From assembly GCF_006345805.1 (NCBI RefSeq), contig NC_043005.1, positions 87,978,001 through 88,042,000 of the forward strand: a stretch of DNA of 64,000 nucleotides. Direction: 5' to 3'. Under the pieces are notes generated by a model that was given only the letters and a program-made list of their open reading frames with translations, did not search any database and was not told where the DNA came from. Origin of the DNA: Octopus sinensis (lineage: Eukaryota). A program made the translations under genes and the position numbers. Positions 1-12,098 of this stretch are shown piece after piece (within the stretch, counting starts at the first letter, position 1; every line of letters starts with the position of its first letter).

Positions 1-423
1 GCTGCAAAACAGAAACAAAACAAACAACAGTTTCCTGTCTTCGAGGAAGTCAATACGTACAAAACAAAGACTTAAATGAGAAACGGTAATGAATCGTGGG
101 GTAAGTAACAATAGAAAGGGTGAAAAGGGAAATGTTAAAGTAAAAATGTTGCTAGACCTTGCATTGCAGAAACGATGGCAAGAAATCCCTTTATGGCAGA
201 TAAATGAGAAAATTGAAGAAGGGTGGAAATGCAGAAATATTTCAGCATTGACTGAAGTGGATATCGAGGGATTGTTTAATGCGGCAGAGAAACTGCTCAA
301 AGCATGGAGAGAACCAGAATACAAGACACCAAGAACATTGTTACTGTCTGTCCAGTCGTATTCAAAACAAGAATTCATCTGCAGACAGGATGAAGTTGAG
401 GTTTGCATAGATTGGAAATTGTC

Positions 424-635
424 GGTAAGCTGGAAGAAACGGACAAAATGTTTTGCAGCATTTCGTCCGTTATAGTGTTCTGAGTTCAAATCCCGCTGAG
501 ATCGACTTTTGCCTTTCATCCTCGTTTTAGAGGTCGATAAAATAAGTACCGCACGAGCACTGGAGTCGTTGTAATAGACGTACCCTCTCCCCTCCAAATT
601 AGTGTGCTCGTGCCAAAATTTGAAACCAATATTAT
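424..635 (+). mobile_element. tRNA-derived SINE, family a (degenerate)
   Basis: B-box GAGTTCAAATCC followed by the family-a body gtcgactttgcctttcatcc...gtcgataaaataagtacc; matches the copy at 28527-28758. Confidence 0.85.
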
Positions 636-885
636 GAAATTTCAGCAGATTGAAGTGGTATAAACATAGAAGCGAAAAAGAGATTTTAAGAATGACAGGA
701 ACGACACAGGTGATAAATCAACACAAACACACACACACACACACACACAGATATATATATATATATATATATATAAATTCAGGGTGAATACTTAATAAAT
801 GTAAGCACCTGTATATGCCAGCTAGTAGTAGAGGTGAGAGGGTATATGCATCAAATGAAATAAAAAAACAGAACACAAAGGATGT

Positions 886-979
886 CGCGGTACACGTGTT
901 TCAAGCTTTATAAAACAACCTATTCTTACATCAATGTGTAATCGACATAACAGATGGTTTAAAGCTCTCTTCAGCCGCA
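886..979 (-). ncRNA. Type I hammerhead ribozyme, intact core, long stem II
   Basis: Minus strand reads UGCGG-CUGAAGA-GAGCUUUA...UAAAGCUU-GAAA-CACGUG-UA/CCGCG. Stem I UGCGG/CCGCG, palindromic stem III ACACGUGU, GUA cleavage triplet (cut between 891 and 890). Confidence 0.8.
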
Positions 980-1240
980 TGCAATTGCTATACCAAAGAA
1001 TTACATCACATTATGAAATTATGAAAAATCCGAAATGTACATTTGGTATTATCTATAATGGTGGGCATATTGAGTTTCACTGAGAAAGTATCTTTGTAAA
1101 TCCTCATAATCAAATATGTGTGTAGGGTACCATTGGACAGTGAATCTCAATATACCCACCATTATAGATAATACCAAATGTACATTTCGGATTTTTCATA
1201 ATTTCATAATGTGATGTAATTCTTTGGTATAGCAATTGCA

Positions 1241-1334
1241 TGCGGCTGCAGAGAGCTTTAAACCATCTATTATGTCGATTACACATTGATCTAAGAATAG
1301 GTTGTTTTATAAAGCTTGAAACACGTGTACCGCG
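1241..1334 (+). ncRNA. Type I hammerhead ribozyme copy with A6C core change (CUGCAGA)
   Basis: Same fold as 886-979, but the core at 1246-1252 reads ctgcaga. Confidence 0.65.
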
Positions 1335-1371
1335 ACATCCTTTGTGTTCTGTTTTTTATTTCATTTGATGC

Positions 1372-1437
<66 letters not shown>

Positions 1438-1915
1438 GTACAGATATCAAAGATAATGAACCGGATATTTTTGTCAAAGACCCCAGTTAAGGAATTACAT
1501 CTTAATCGAAATATCAGTTCTTAAAGAATAGAATGTTTGCTGAACAAAGATGGAGTAATTATCCAAATACAAAGATTCGAAAGCAGAAGTATCCGTTATG
1601 TGTTGTGGATTACATATAGAAGCAATCTTTATAACAACAGGGCCGTTGGAAATGATTATAAAATCATGCAATTGCAAAACAAAAAAATATCTGCTCTCAT
1701 GCACATTTGCAGCATGCAGAAAGTAATGCTGCAAAACAACATTGTCCATATTAAATAGGATAGTTAAGAAACGGAATTTCATCATAGAACAATTGATTAA
1801 TTCGGGTGAAAGTGAATGGCTGCGGCGCGCAATCATTTGCACCTGCTACTGAGGGAGAAGCAGATTTCCGTGAATTGCCAGTGGCTGATGGTTACGCAAG
1901 GACAGCAACCTCAGT

Positions 1916-2212
1916 GGAGGCGCAATGGCCCAATGGTTAGGGCAGCGGACTCGCGGTTGGAGGATCGCGGTTTCGATTCCCAGACCGGGCGTTGTATGTT
2001 TTTATTGAGCGAAAACACTCAAAGGTCCACGAGGCTCCGGCAGGGGGTGGTGGCGACCCCTGTTTTACTCTTTCGCTCCAACTTTCTCTCACTCTTTCTT
2101 CCTGTTTCTTGTCCCCGACTTCCTACGCAACAGCTGAGCCTGGATGCGCCTTCATCCATCCGTCGATGCTCTCGGTGTCGAGGGTTGACCCGCTTTCTCT
2201 TCTGCGGGTCTT
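1916..2212 (+). mobile_element. tRNA-derived SINE, family c
   Basis: A-box tggcccaatggttagg and B-box ggtttcgattccc; same family as 9711-10033 and 25672-25975. Confidence 0.9.
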
Positions 2213-2506
2213 AAGATTAGCAAAGGACCACGTTTCGGACTTCTCCCATCTTGCGAGCTCTAGGACGAAGACTTTTCGCTCAACAGCAACCTTAGAAACT
2301 CTAAAATATTGGTGTCTTGGAAATCGCATTCAATCATCTTTTGTATGTCATTTCTTCAAAAGGTTTTCATACTCTGTCATTTTTTCGCTCTTTTGGAAAA
2401 GCTGCTTCTGTTAGTATATCTAAAACTCGGGAAACCATGATGTATCTGCGTGTAAGAGTAAATTTCTTTTCTCTTTCTATGTGTGTGTTTGTGTGCATGT
2501 GTGTAT

Positions 2507-2572
<66 letters not shown>

Positions 2573-3331
2573 GTGTGTGCGTGTGTTTCCTTACGTAGCA
2601 AGTTCCAAATAACAACATAATTTTGCAATATTTTGTTTCCAACCCAACCCAGTACTTCCCCACCCACCAACCTGTCCAGTCCTTGATTGCCTCCCTGAAA
2701 ATGAAGGGCTTTCATATTTTCCGCTATTCATTCACACAAATATTTAATTCATGCTTTTTTTATCTTATTTTTCCAGGCGTTGCCTTGGTGACTTCTTGCC
2801 ACAACAGATCAAATCAAACAAAAATAAATTTGAAAACGTTTAATAAAATTCTGTTTTGTTTTTAATTCAAAATGGTGTGATGTTCGATCATATGAACTCC
2901 ACTTAGCATGTAAAATGAAGCTAGGAGACTTGACATGTAAAAATATTCTTTAAAAACTTCGTAATAACCAACGACGTTATCTCAAATAAAAAAAAATGCA
3001 AAATATTGACTAAAAATTTTGCTATTCTTTCAAAATGGAACAAAAATTTATTAGATAAAGCTCATTGTTCTGTAAGCAGATTTACAAACGTAGAAACATA
3101 AATCATTTTTTGAAATTTAAAACTTAAATTGCAGACAGTATTAAAAAACTCCATGTATATTTTCGATTATATATTGTACGTTTAACGTTTCTTATTTAAT
3201 ACGGGTTTGAATATTACACAGAATAACGTGAGATTGTTTATCACGTGAGATTGTTTATAAGATATTTAGTTGCACTAAAATTATTTCAAATTTTCGGCAC
3301 AACGTCAGCAATTTCGAAGGAGGGTGCAAAT

Positions 3332-3458
3332 TGATTACATCAACCCCAATACTCAATTGATACAAATAAATGTAAAATCAACTTCGGTGGGATTTGAACT
3401 CGGACGAAATGCTACTAAGCATTTTACTCGACGTACTAACGGTTCTGCCAGCTCGCCG
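3332..3458 (-). mobile_element. SINE family a fragment
   Basis: Reverse complement of the head ggcgagctggcagaaccgttag and the B-box gagttcaaatccc. Confidence 0.8.
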
Positions 3459-3501
3459 ACTTGTTAAATTACACAATATTTCATGTGTTTCACTTTTACT
3501 A

Positions 3502-3884
3502 TTTTACTTGTTTCAGTCATTTGACTGTGGCCATGCTGGAGCACCGCCTTTAGTCGAGCAAATCGACCCCAGGACTTATTCTATCGGCCTCTTTTGCCGA
3601 ACCGCTAAGTTACGGGGACGTAAACACACCAGCATCGGTTATCAAGCGATGTTGGGGGGGGGACAAACACAGACACATAAACATATACACACGCACATAC
3701 ATATATACATATATACATATATACGACAGGCTTCTTTCAGTTTCCGTCTACCAAATCCACTCACAAGGCTTTGGTCGGTCCGGGGCTATAGCAGAAAACA
3801 CTTGCCCAAAATGCCACGCAGTGGGACTGAACCCGGAACCATGTGGTTCGTAAGCAAGCTACTTACCACACAGCCACTCCTACG
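3502..3884 (-). mobile_element. tRNA-derived SINE, family b, near full length
   Basis: Head gagtggctgtgtggtaag...ggttcagtcccactgcg, internal microsatellite, tail ggtgctccagcatggccacagtcaaatgactgaaacaag. Confidence 0.9.
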
Positions 3885-4189
3885 ACTTGTTAACAACATG
3901 ATTTTTTTTTTTTTTTAAATTGGAAATATTCAAACGACGCATTGAGTATAAGAGCAGTAGTAAAACCATAATGAAAAAAGAGGCATACATTGGATAATGC
4001 AGTCCAGAATTTTCCCCCTCTGTAAACCATTCAAAACTGAACTCATGTCGACATTCCTGGAATATCACATTGACGTCAAGGCAACGCCTCAGAAACTGTT
4101 GCCCCAAACTGATAACAAATGTATTTGTTATGCTCCAAACATCACCATTCATTCATAATCAACCGAATTTCCCCCACAAATCACTGTAG

Positions 4190-4635
4190 ACCAAGATGTA
4201 TCTAAAAAGACGAGATGGTCGTGGCAGGAAGGTTGTTCATCACATAACTGTTCAGTCGGTGTCATACTGATGCAAATCAACATCAGTAACATGGAGCTAG
4301 CAAATAAAATAAAAGATCCCAACATCAACATCAAGATACAGGACCAGATACTGCAACATCTCAGGTTTCAAGGGACATCAGCTCTTTATATTATCCTGCC
4401 AAAAAATCTGAGAGACCAGTAGAGGATGGATGTAGGGGTCTTCAAACCAAAACAGGGTTTCCTCCAGTCATGAATTCCGAATGAGCCTACAGCGCGACAG
4501 GAAACTCCGACGGGGAAAAACAGCATCAAACTACCTCATTTACCAAATGCCACGTATCAGAGGAGATGTAGCAAAGCTAAGGGCGATGCTGTCCCAGCAT
4601 GGCCACAGCTCTCGAGCAGAAACTAGTGAAAGAGT
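4190..4635 (+). mobile_element. CR1/L2-type LINE 3' end (decayed ORF2 C-terminus plus 3' UTR)
   Basis: Decayed translation GFKGHQLF..LPKNLRD...DVGVFK....NEP resembles a CR1-clade ORF2 end; the tail gctgtcccagcatggccacagc...gaaactag resembles the family-b SINE tail. Clade assignment is from recalled motifs. Confidence 0.6.
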
Positions 4636-5147
4636 TAAAGAGTAGAATCAAATATAATATAACAAACTAAAATAACATACGAGTCACCCCTGCGAAACAA
4701 TGATAACACTTCCTGGAGAGCAATTTCTTCAACGTGGAATGTCTTATTTATTTTGTTGCGGGAGGAGGGAATTTTTTTTGTAGACTGTTTCTCCATCGAT
4801 CACACCCCCATCCTCACTCACCCACTTTCATAACACATTCTGTCAATAATAGATATACAATATGAATGAATGAATGAATATCGTTTTTTATAACAGGCGC
4901 CATTATCTAGATTATATTTCTAGTTGTGCGATTTGACTTCACATATAAATACGTACACACGCACACACACACAGACACACATACAGTATATATACCTGTG
5001 TGTTTGTGTATGCGTGTGTGTGTGTGTTTATGTGTGTGTGGGTTTATGTGTGTGTGGGTTTATGTGTGTGTGGGTGGTATAAATATACACACACGCGCGC
5101 GCACACGCACGACATATATTTACGTGTGTCGAATAATAATCTTTTAA

Positions 5148-5320
5148 TATTGGTTTCAAATTTTGTCACAAGGCCAGCAATTTCAGGATAGAAGGTAAGT
5201 CGGTTACAGTGTTTTAATGGTACTTAATTTTTCACCCCGAGAAGATGAAAGGCAAAGTCGACCTCGGTGGAATTTGAACTCAGAATGTAAAGACAGAAGA
5301 CATCCCGCTAAGCATTGTGC
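5148..5320 (-). mobile_element. SINE family a fragment
   Basis: gatgaaaggcaaagtcgacctcggtggaatttgaactcag core. Confidence 0.8.
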
Positions 5321-6353
5321 TGCTTTAGAGTATTTCTGGTGAAACTCACTGGTGGGCTCCCAGGTGCGCAAAGCTATAACATATATATATATTACAGTAT
5401 TTTGCTATGAAGTGTTGTGCCATATTTTTTCTGAAGGTGTCATTCTTTGGGCCCTTATAGAAGGGAAAGATCTTGAATCTTCCTTCTCAAGATATCGAAC
5501 GACACTTCATAGCAAAATTCTCTCGCAAACTGAATGGTCGAAAATATAAAAATCACATCAACTTCCTTATAAACCCATCTGGAACCCTAAGATATGTGTG
5601 TGTGCGTATGTATATACATAAGTAGAGACATTCTTGCATCCAGATTTTCCAACCCATACTAGCATGGGAATCAAACATTGGACAATAACGATGATGATGA
5701 TGATGATAATATTAAGTCGAGACACTTTTTTGAAAAATAACTTTCATTATTCCTCATCAAAATAGACACCCTGTTAGAGTAACCACTTGGTCTTGCCATT
5801 TTTACAGACCAAGAATCAACTTGTCATTTTCTATTGAAAGAACTGACCAACTGTATAGATATAAACACATTTTGTTTTTTCTTTCTTCCTTTCTTTATTT
5901 CCTTCTCTTTTCTATTGTCATTAAGAAAAAACAGTTTTTTACTTTGAAAACATTTTTCTTTCAGACCCCCTGTTGAGTTGGCTGAATCAAGAAAGCATCT
6001 GTTCCAACCATCTACTAAAAATATTCTTTTTCTTTATCTCCTGTACAAAACACTACCTTTCACATACACACACACACACACTCTCTCTCTCTCTCTCACT
6101 TTCTCCCACCACTATCTCCCCATTCCTCTTCCACTTTTCCTCCCCTATACACTCCACATTACTCTTCTTTCCTCCCTCTCCCTCCACCCCTACCTATTCA
6201 CTAATACTATTAAGAGAGACAAATCTCTTCACACAATTTAAATCTGAAGAGTCTATTAGAGTAGAAGAAAATATGTCATTTGTAAAAACAAATGACGTTA
6301 AATAAATATTTATATGTGTACAACATCCAGATCCTGAATACCTTATTTTTCTA

Positions 6354-6394
<41 letters not shown>

Positions 6395-6494
6395 ATATAT
6401 ATACGTATAGATATGTATATATATATATATATAATAATATATATATATATATAATATATATATAATATATATATATATACATATATATATATAT

Positions 6495-6526
<32 letters not shown>

Positions 6527-6781
6527 ATATATATATAATGTATATATAGACGATGAGGAGAGCTAAATACGCTAAGTATAGAAAAAGCCGTACTGCTCAA
6601 ATTAATTTGAATTCATACTCCAAATCTCCATCCAGAACGTCCATGGCGTCAAGTGCAACTTTAAGAGAAATCCAGGTGAGTGATGTCGAAGTGATGCAAA
6701 TAAATATACATGCACGCATACCCACATATACATATATATACGAATAGATACACACACACTCACACGCGCGCACACACACAC

Positions 6782-6812
<31 letters not shown>

Positions 6813-7574
6813 ATATATTAATCTATATATATATATATATGTATGTATATGCATATATACGCATGGATACATATATATAGATATATTCAGACAGAAAGAT
6901 GCATATACATACATATACAACTTTTCCAAACTTTTTCCAGATGAAGGAAGCAGGTAATATCTCAGTGTGACTGTTTATTGGTTGCATACTGTTGTGGAAG
7001 TTTTCCAGTCACGCCCATGTGACTAAAAGTAAACTGTCCCATTGCTATAGAATAAAGAACTGCCAGCAGTTGAGAGAAGGCAGTTCACTATGAGCCGTTC
7101 GCAGAGAGTGCTGAGTCTCGTGTAATAGTAATCGTATTGCGCCGTGTAAATTCTTTCACTCGTGCTTCGTTAAATTAGAAATCCAACACCAGGATATAAA
7201 ATATACCCTAGACTTTTTCCACATTCCATCACCAAATTATGAACATTACAATTACTATGTAAATCCTGGCTTCCTGAAACAGATGTCGAGTTATGTATTA
7301 TGTATTCTCGTCTCAGTATTTTGTATTTTCTACTGTTTGATCAGGATTCAGTTGTTTGATTTTAGCTATATTACCAGCTCCAGAAGTAAGGTGCTTTGTA
7401 TTCCGCAAAAACATGTATCTTTAATGTACTTCTCAAGCAGAATGAACGTGACACCTTGAGTAATAAGGATGTACTATTTGAATTACTGGTACTCTTCCAA
7501 ATGAGCTTCTATGCAGTTTGCAGACACTCGGTTTACTTACAATTCTTGGGTTGATCTGAGACTTAAAAGAAATA

Positions 7575-7668
7575 ACATTTGTCAGGGATGCCACGCATTG
7601 GGCTCGAACCTGCGACCTTGTAGTTACTAAAGAAAAAATCTTAAGCATTGGACTACGCAGTGCCTACG
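7575..7668 (-). mobile_element. tRNA-derived SINE head or tRNA pseudogene
   Basis: Minus strand ggcactgcgtagtccaatgcttaag...ggtcgcaggttcgagccc has A- and B-box-like motifs, but no complete cloverleaf. Confidence 0.6.
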
Positions 7669-7954
7669 CAACAATACTTGCAGCAATAATACAAATACCA
7701 AAATAACTAACAATTAAAAATAAAACCATTCCCCCGTCACAATATAAAGGAACCTGTTAACACAAACACCAGAAAACAATGAGAGACAAAGAGAAACACA
7801 ACAGAAGGATGGTCTTAACGAGTTGAATTTTGTGTGAAAATGTCAGCTTGTTGCATGAAAACTAAAATATTAATGAATCGGATAGATGCGCTGGCTAAAA
7901 TCCAATTAATTGGAAATGAAAATGGCATTTACTAACGGAAACCAGGAATTTGTA

Positions 7955-7989
7955 TAATAATAATCATAATAATAATAATAATAATAATA

Positions 7990-8037
<48 letters not shown>

Positions 8038-8088
8038 GTAATAATAATAATAATAATGATGATGATGATGATAATAATAATAATAATG

Positions 8089-8157
<69 letters not shown>
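7955..8157. repeat. Compound (AAT)n/(ATT)n/(GAT)n microsatellite
   Basis: Direct reading. Confidence 0.98.
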
Positions 8158-8158
<1 letters not shown>

Positions 8159-9553
8159 AGATATAACTAATGCCAACCAAAATGTTTCAATGTTACACAG
8201 GTATTTGGTGCAAATTTTTGGTTAAACAAGTGGTGTATCATTGCAGTTTGTAATGTTAGCAGGAAAAGAAACACTGAGCTTATAGGCGGTTAGTTGGCGC
8301 AATCGTTACAACGCTGGGTAGATTCCTTTGGCTGTGTGAGTTCATATCCGCAAGAGTCAATTTTACTCTTCATTTTTTTTCTTTTTTGTTCAATGAATAA
8401 AGTACCAGATTTGTACTGAGATCGAAACGTTTCATTCGCTCACTCGTTTTTCAGATCTATCTGCCGTTGTCTTTTTTAAAAAGAAATCTGTTGTTGTCAG
8501 ACCTGGGGAGAGAGATTTGCTCTACCAACTCTAAAAATACCCAAATTACACTGTATGTCACAATGGTGCCGCTACGATCCCTACAAGAAATGGAATCCCC
8601 AAGATAAGAAAATTAAAATTATATTTCTAATTTTGGTACTCAACTCCTGTTTCAAATTATGCTGTTATTCTTTGAAAGTCCCTTTTCTTTGTAGTCATCA
8701 AAGATCTTAAAATAAACAGGCTCTATTCCTTATATATTCTATTTTCGCTCATTTGAGGCTGGTTGTGTCTGGTCCGGACCAAAATCGTTACGGCAGAGCC
8801 ATCTTTATTTTTATCATATACTTATATATTTATGTATTTCTCTATTAATTTATTTTCTTAGGTTTTGCTCCGAAACAGGCCGGCTCTCGACTAGCAAATC
8901 CACAGATCCCTTATCAAAGTTTTTCCCCAGTGACTAAAACCCCTTTTATTCAGATATTGCATCTGAAGAACTATATACTTAATGTTTCCTTCGTTTTATA
9001 ATTTACGTAAGCAATGATTTGAGAGCGACTTGACAGCTATTTCAAGCAGCTTTTCAAAGGCAACATTGTTGGCTCCTCTCGTTACTAATATTTTCTGTTT
9101 TACATTCATTCCAGCATCAATGCGCAAGAATATAAAGGCAAAAACATAGGGCTTTGCCAACCGTTGTTCACAGCGCTGCACGGAATCTCATATGACAAAC
9201 GAAAATTACAGAAACTTATGATAAATATTGCTATGCCACCAGTATCTATTAAAAATCATGGATGTGACATGATAAATGATATTCAATGGTGTGATATCTT
9301 CTAGTATTCCATTGCACAGATTTGATATGTCATATTTCTTATGCAGTTAACAGGAGGAAATAGATTTCATATCTTTTGAATTAGTTGTTGTTGCTGAAGT
9401 TACTGTTGTTATTATTTTGTGTTGTTGATGTCGGTGGTGGTGGTGGTGGTGGGGAGGTGATCATTTTTGAAAATTATGTATATGTAATATATTATATATA
9501 TTATATATATATATATAATATATATATATATATACATATTATATTTGATATAT

Positions 9554-9597
<44 letters not shown>

Positions 9598-9710
9598 TTG
9601 TATATATAGATATATATATATATAATATTTATACATACATACATATATATATACACATATACATATATATATATATATGTATGTATACATACAAATATAG
9701 ATACATATGT

Positions 9711-10033
9711 GGAGGCGCAATAGCCAGTGGTTAGGGCAGCGGATCGAGGTCGTAGGATCGCAGCTTCGATTCCCAGACCGGGAGTTGTGAGTGGTTATTG
9801 AGCGAAAACACCTAAAGCTCCGCGCGGATCCGGCAGGGGATGGTGGCGAAACCTTCTGTACTCCTTCGTCACAACTTCCTCTCACTCTTTCTTCATGTTT
9901 CTGTTCTGCCTGTATTTCAAAGGGCCAGCTTTGTCACCCTCTTGTGTCACGCTGTTCCTGGACGTTGCTTTTTATGCCTTCTACAGACTGCTCGAAGATT
10001 ACAAGCTTCCTACACTTTGATCCACGGATCTTA
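9711..10033 (+). mobile_element. SINE family c
   Basis: ggaggcgcaatagccagtggttagggcagcgg...cttcgattcccagaccggg; homologous to 1916-2212. Confidence 0.9.
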
Positions 10034-10084
10034 GCTTTACACACACATGCGTGCATGTACACACACACTCACAGTGTTTGTGTA

Positions 10085-10487
10085 AAGTAGCTTGCTTACC
10101 AACAACATGGTTCCGCGTTGAGGCCCACTGTGTGGCACCTTGGACAAGTGTCTTCTACTCTAGCCTCGGGCCGACCAAAGCGTTGTTAGTGGATTTGGTA
10201 AACGGAAACTGACAGAAGCCCATCTTATATATATATGTGTGTGTGTGTGTGCATGCGTGCGTATGTATTTATATGTATATGTGTTTATGTGTCTGTATTT
10301 GTCCCTCCCAACATCGCTTGATAACCGATACTGGTGTGTTTACGTCCCCGTAACCTAGTTCGGCAAAAGACACCGATAGAATAAGTACTAGGCTTACAAA
10401 GTCCTGGGGTCGATTTACTCGACTAAAGGTGGTGCTCCAGCATGGCCGCAGTGAAATGACTGAAACAAGTAAGCGAATAAAAGAATA

Positions 10488-10490
<3 letters not shown>
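10085..10490 (+). mobile_element. SINE family b
   Basis: Head, internal (TG)n and tail ggtgctccagcatggccgcag...gactgaaacaag. Confidence 0.9.
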
Positions 10491-10534
<44 letters not shown>

Positions 10535-10538
<4 letters not shown>

Positions 10539-10688
10539 GGCGTCTTTCAGTTTCCATCTACCAAATCCATTTCTAATGCTCTGGTCGACCGGAGACTCTA
10601 GTTGGAGACACTTGCCCATGGTGCACTGGAACTGAACCCGGAACCATGTAGTTGGGAAGCAAACTCTTAACTACACATCCACGCCTCT
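10535..10688 (-). mobile_element. SINE family b, 5' half, inverted relative to 10085-10490 across a (TA)n tract
   Basis: cttcagtttccatctaccaaatcc...gacacttgccc...ggactgaacccggaaccatg. Confidence 0.85.
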
Positions 10689-11734
10689 ACATATTTTTAG
10701 TCAGGACGGAAGAGCAATGCACATGGCATTTGACATTATTCCTCACCCACTTGCCTTGAGAATGGCCGGAGAGAAAATATTCTCAAACGAAAAATATTTG
10801 CAACAAATTCTAATCCGCTAAAATATCCAAAGTACCTGGTGGTATTTTTAAACTAGCCAAGGATTAAATCCCGCAACCAAATAAGCCATAGCGAGATTTG
10901 AACTCAGAACTTAAAATATGAAGAAATAAATACTATAAAACTTTGAGTTTTTTACAATAAAGTACAATAATTGGTTCATTAGAGTCTCTTTCCCTCCATC
11001 CGATTTTTATGAATTTACAACACAAATGTCATTTTAAATAAAGAAGAGAATCTTTTTTCAATTTAGACTAAAAAGAATTACGAAAAGGTACAAGACTTTC
11101 AAAATGTGAAATTTTAAATAATCGGAATATTCCATTAATGCGTGGCAGGGATTCGAAACCGAATTTCTAGCTAATCGGTCGGACATCACAGTTGTTTCGT
11201 GTGATCAGTCTAGTAAGTACTCAATCAGAGTCAAGCGATCGCGTGATTCAATCTTCTAGAATCTACTTCTTATACCCTATAAAAAGCTAATTTTGGCGAT
11301 AATTGATTGTGGAATGTTGAGACAATTGATTGATATGTGCCTTCATTATTGTCACACACGACGGTTCCAGATACTTGCGAAGACATCTTCAGGTTCTTCG
11401 ACAGACCAAGCTAAATATTCACAGAGTGTTCCATAAGTAAATTCTTCGAACACGACGCACTCCTACATTCTCTATAACTATTGCTGTTCTTATCTGTAAC
11501 AAACCAACGCAGTTTGTTTAATGTGCGACGATAAATTCGTCTCTTTAATGTTCGGAAGTGTTGTTCAAATGTCCTATTTATTAAACTTAAAGAAGACATT
11601 TTTACCTATATATTTATGTGTGTGTGTGTGTATGTATGTATGTACATAAATATATATATATACACATATCTGAATATATATACAAATATACATACATTTA
11701 TATATACACACATATACACAGAACATATACATTT

Positions 11735-11998
11735 CTTTATTGCCCACAGGGGGCTAAACATAGAGGGGACAAGCAAGGACAGACAAAGGGTCTACGTCGA
11801 CTACATCGATTCCAGTGCGTAACTGGTACTTATTTAATCGACCCCGAAGGGATGAAAGGCAACGTCGACCCCAGCGGAATTTGAACTCAGAACGTAACGG
11901 TAGACGAAATACTTATTTCTTTACTACACACAAGGGGCTAAACACACAGAGGATAAAACAAGGACAGACAAACAGATAAAGTCGATTACATCGACCCC
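11735..11998 (-). mobile_element. SINE family a plus a second tail running into the gap
   Basis: tttctttattgcccacagggggctaaac tail, family-a core and B-box; the tail recurs from ~11915. Confidence 0.88.
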
Positions 11999-12098
11999 NN
12001 NNNNNNNNNNNNNNNNNNNNNNNNNNNNNNNNNNNNNNNNNNNNNNNNNNNNNNNNNNNNNNNNNNNNNNNNNNNNNNNNNNNNNNNNNNNNNNNNNN
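11999..12098. other. Assembly gap (100 N)
   Basis: Exactly 100 n characters, typical of a scaffolding spacer of unknown true size. Confidence 0.99.

Larger units (their letters stand above)
843..1376. mobile_element. Penelope-type pseudo-LTR foldback: ~240-bp inverted repeat (arms 843-1082 and 1138-1376, 55-bp spacer)
   Basis: Arms are reverse complements with about six differences by eye. Each arm carries a hammerhead motif and the block is flanked by (TA)n. Inverted pLTRs with hammerheads are established PLE features. Confidence 0.8.
1..1760 (+). mobile_element. Old, fragmented R4/Dong-like non-LTR retrotransposon 3' half, interrupted by a SINE and a PLE foldback
   Basis: Degenerate motifs in the expected order: KRWQEIP (~WQEKPLHG), EGLFNAAE (~EGLI.AAQ) and QEFICRQDEV..IDWKL (~RHD.V..IHW.L) at 170-423; KWYKH at ~655; then IKDNEPDIFVKD, LIEISV, LSKYKD and TTGPLEMI (RLE domain) at 1440-1760. 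Same order as the better-preserved copies at 38.3 and 47.5 kb. Confidence 0.65.

Noticed and set aside
89-475. 128-aa ORF as a host gene
   Set aside because: It is a mosaic of frameshifted Dong C-terminal remnants and the start of a SINE.
8862-9241. Acceptor/donor-like sites suggesting exons (8862-9006 and 9115-9241, INAQEYKGKNIGLCQPLFTALHG...)
   Set aside because: The first segment has stops in all three frames; the second is open but unrecognisable and has a weak donor.
10700-10830. DGRAMHMAFDIIP resembling Helitron/PIF1 GRTAHS.F.IP
   Set aside because: Only a few matching residues and no neighbouring helicase motifs.
11355-11400. Minus-strand CUGAAGA...GGAACCGUC hammerhead-like string
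   Set aside because: GAAA is broken and stems I and II pair poorly.
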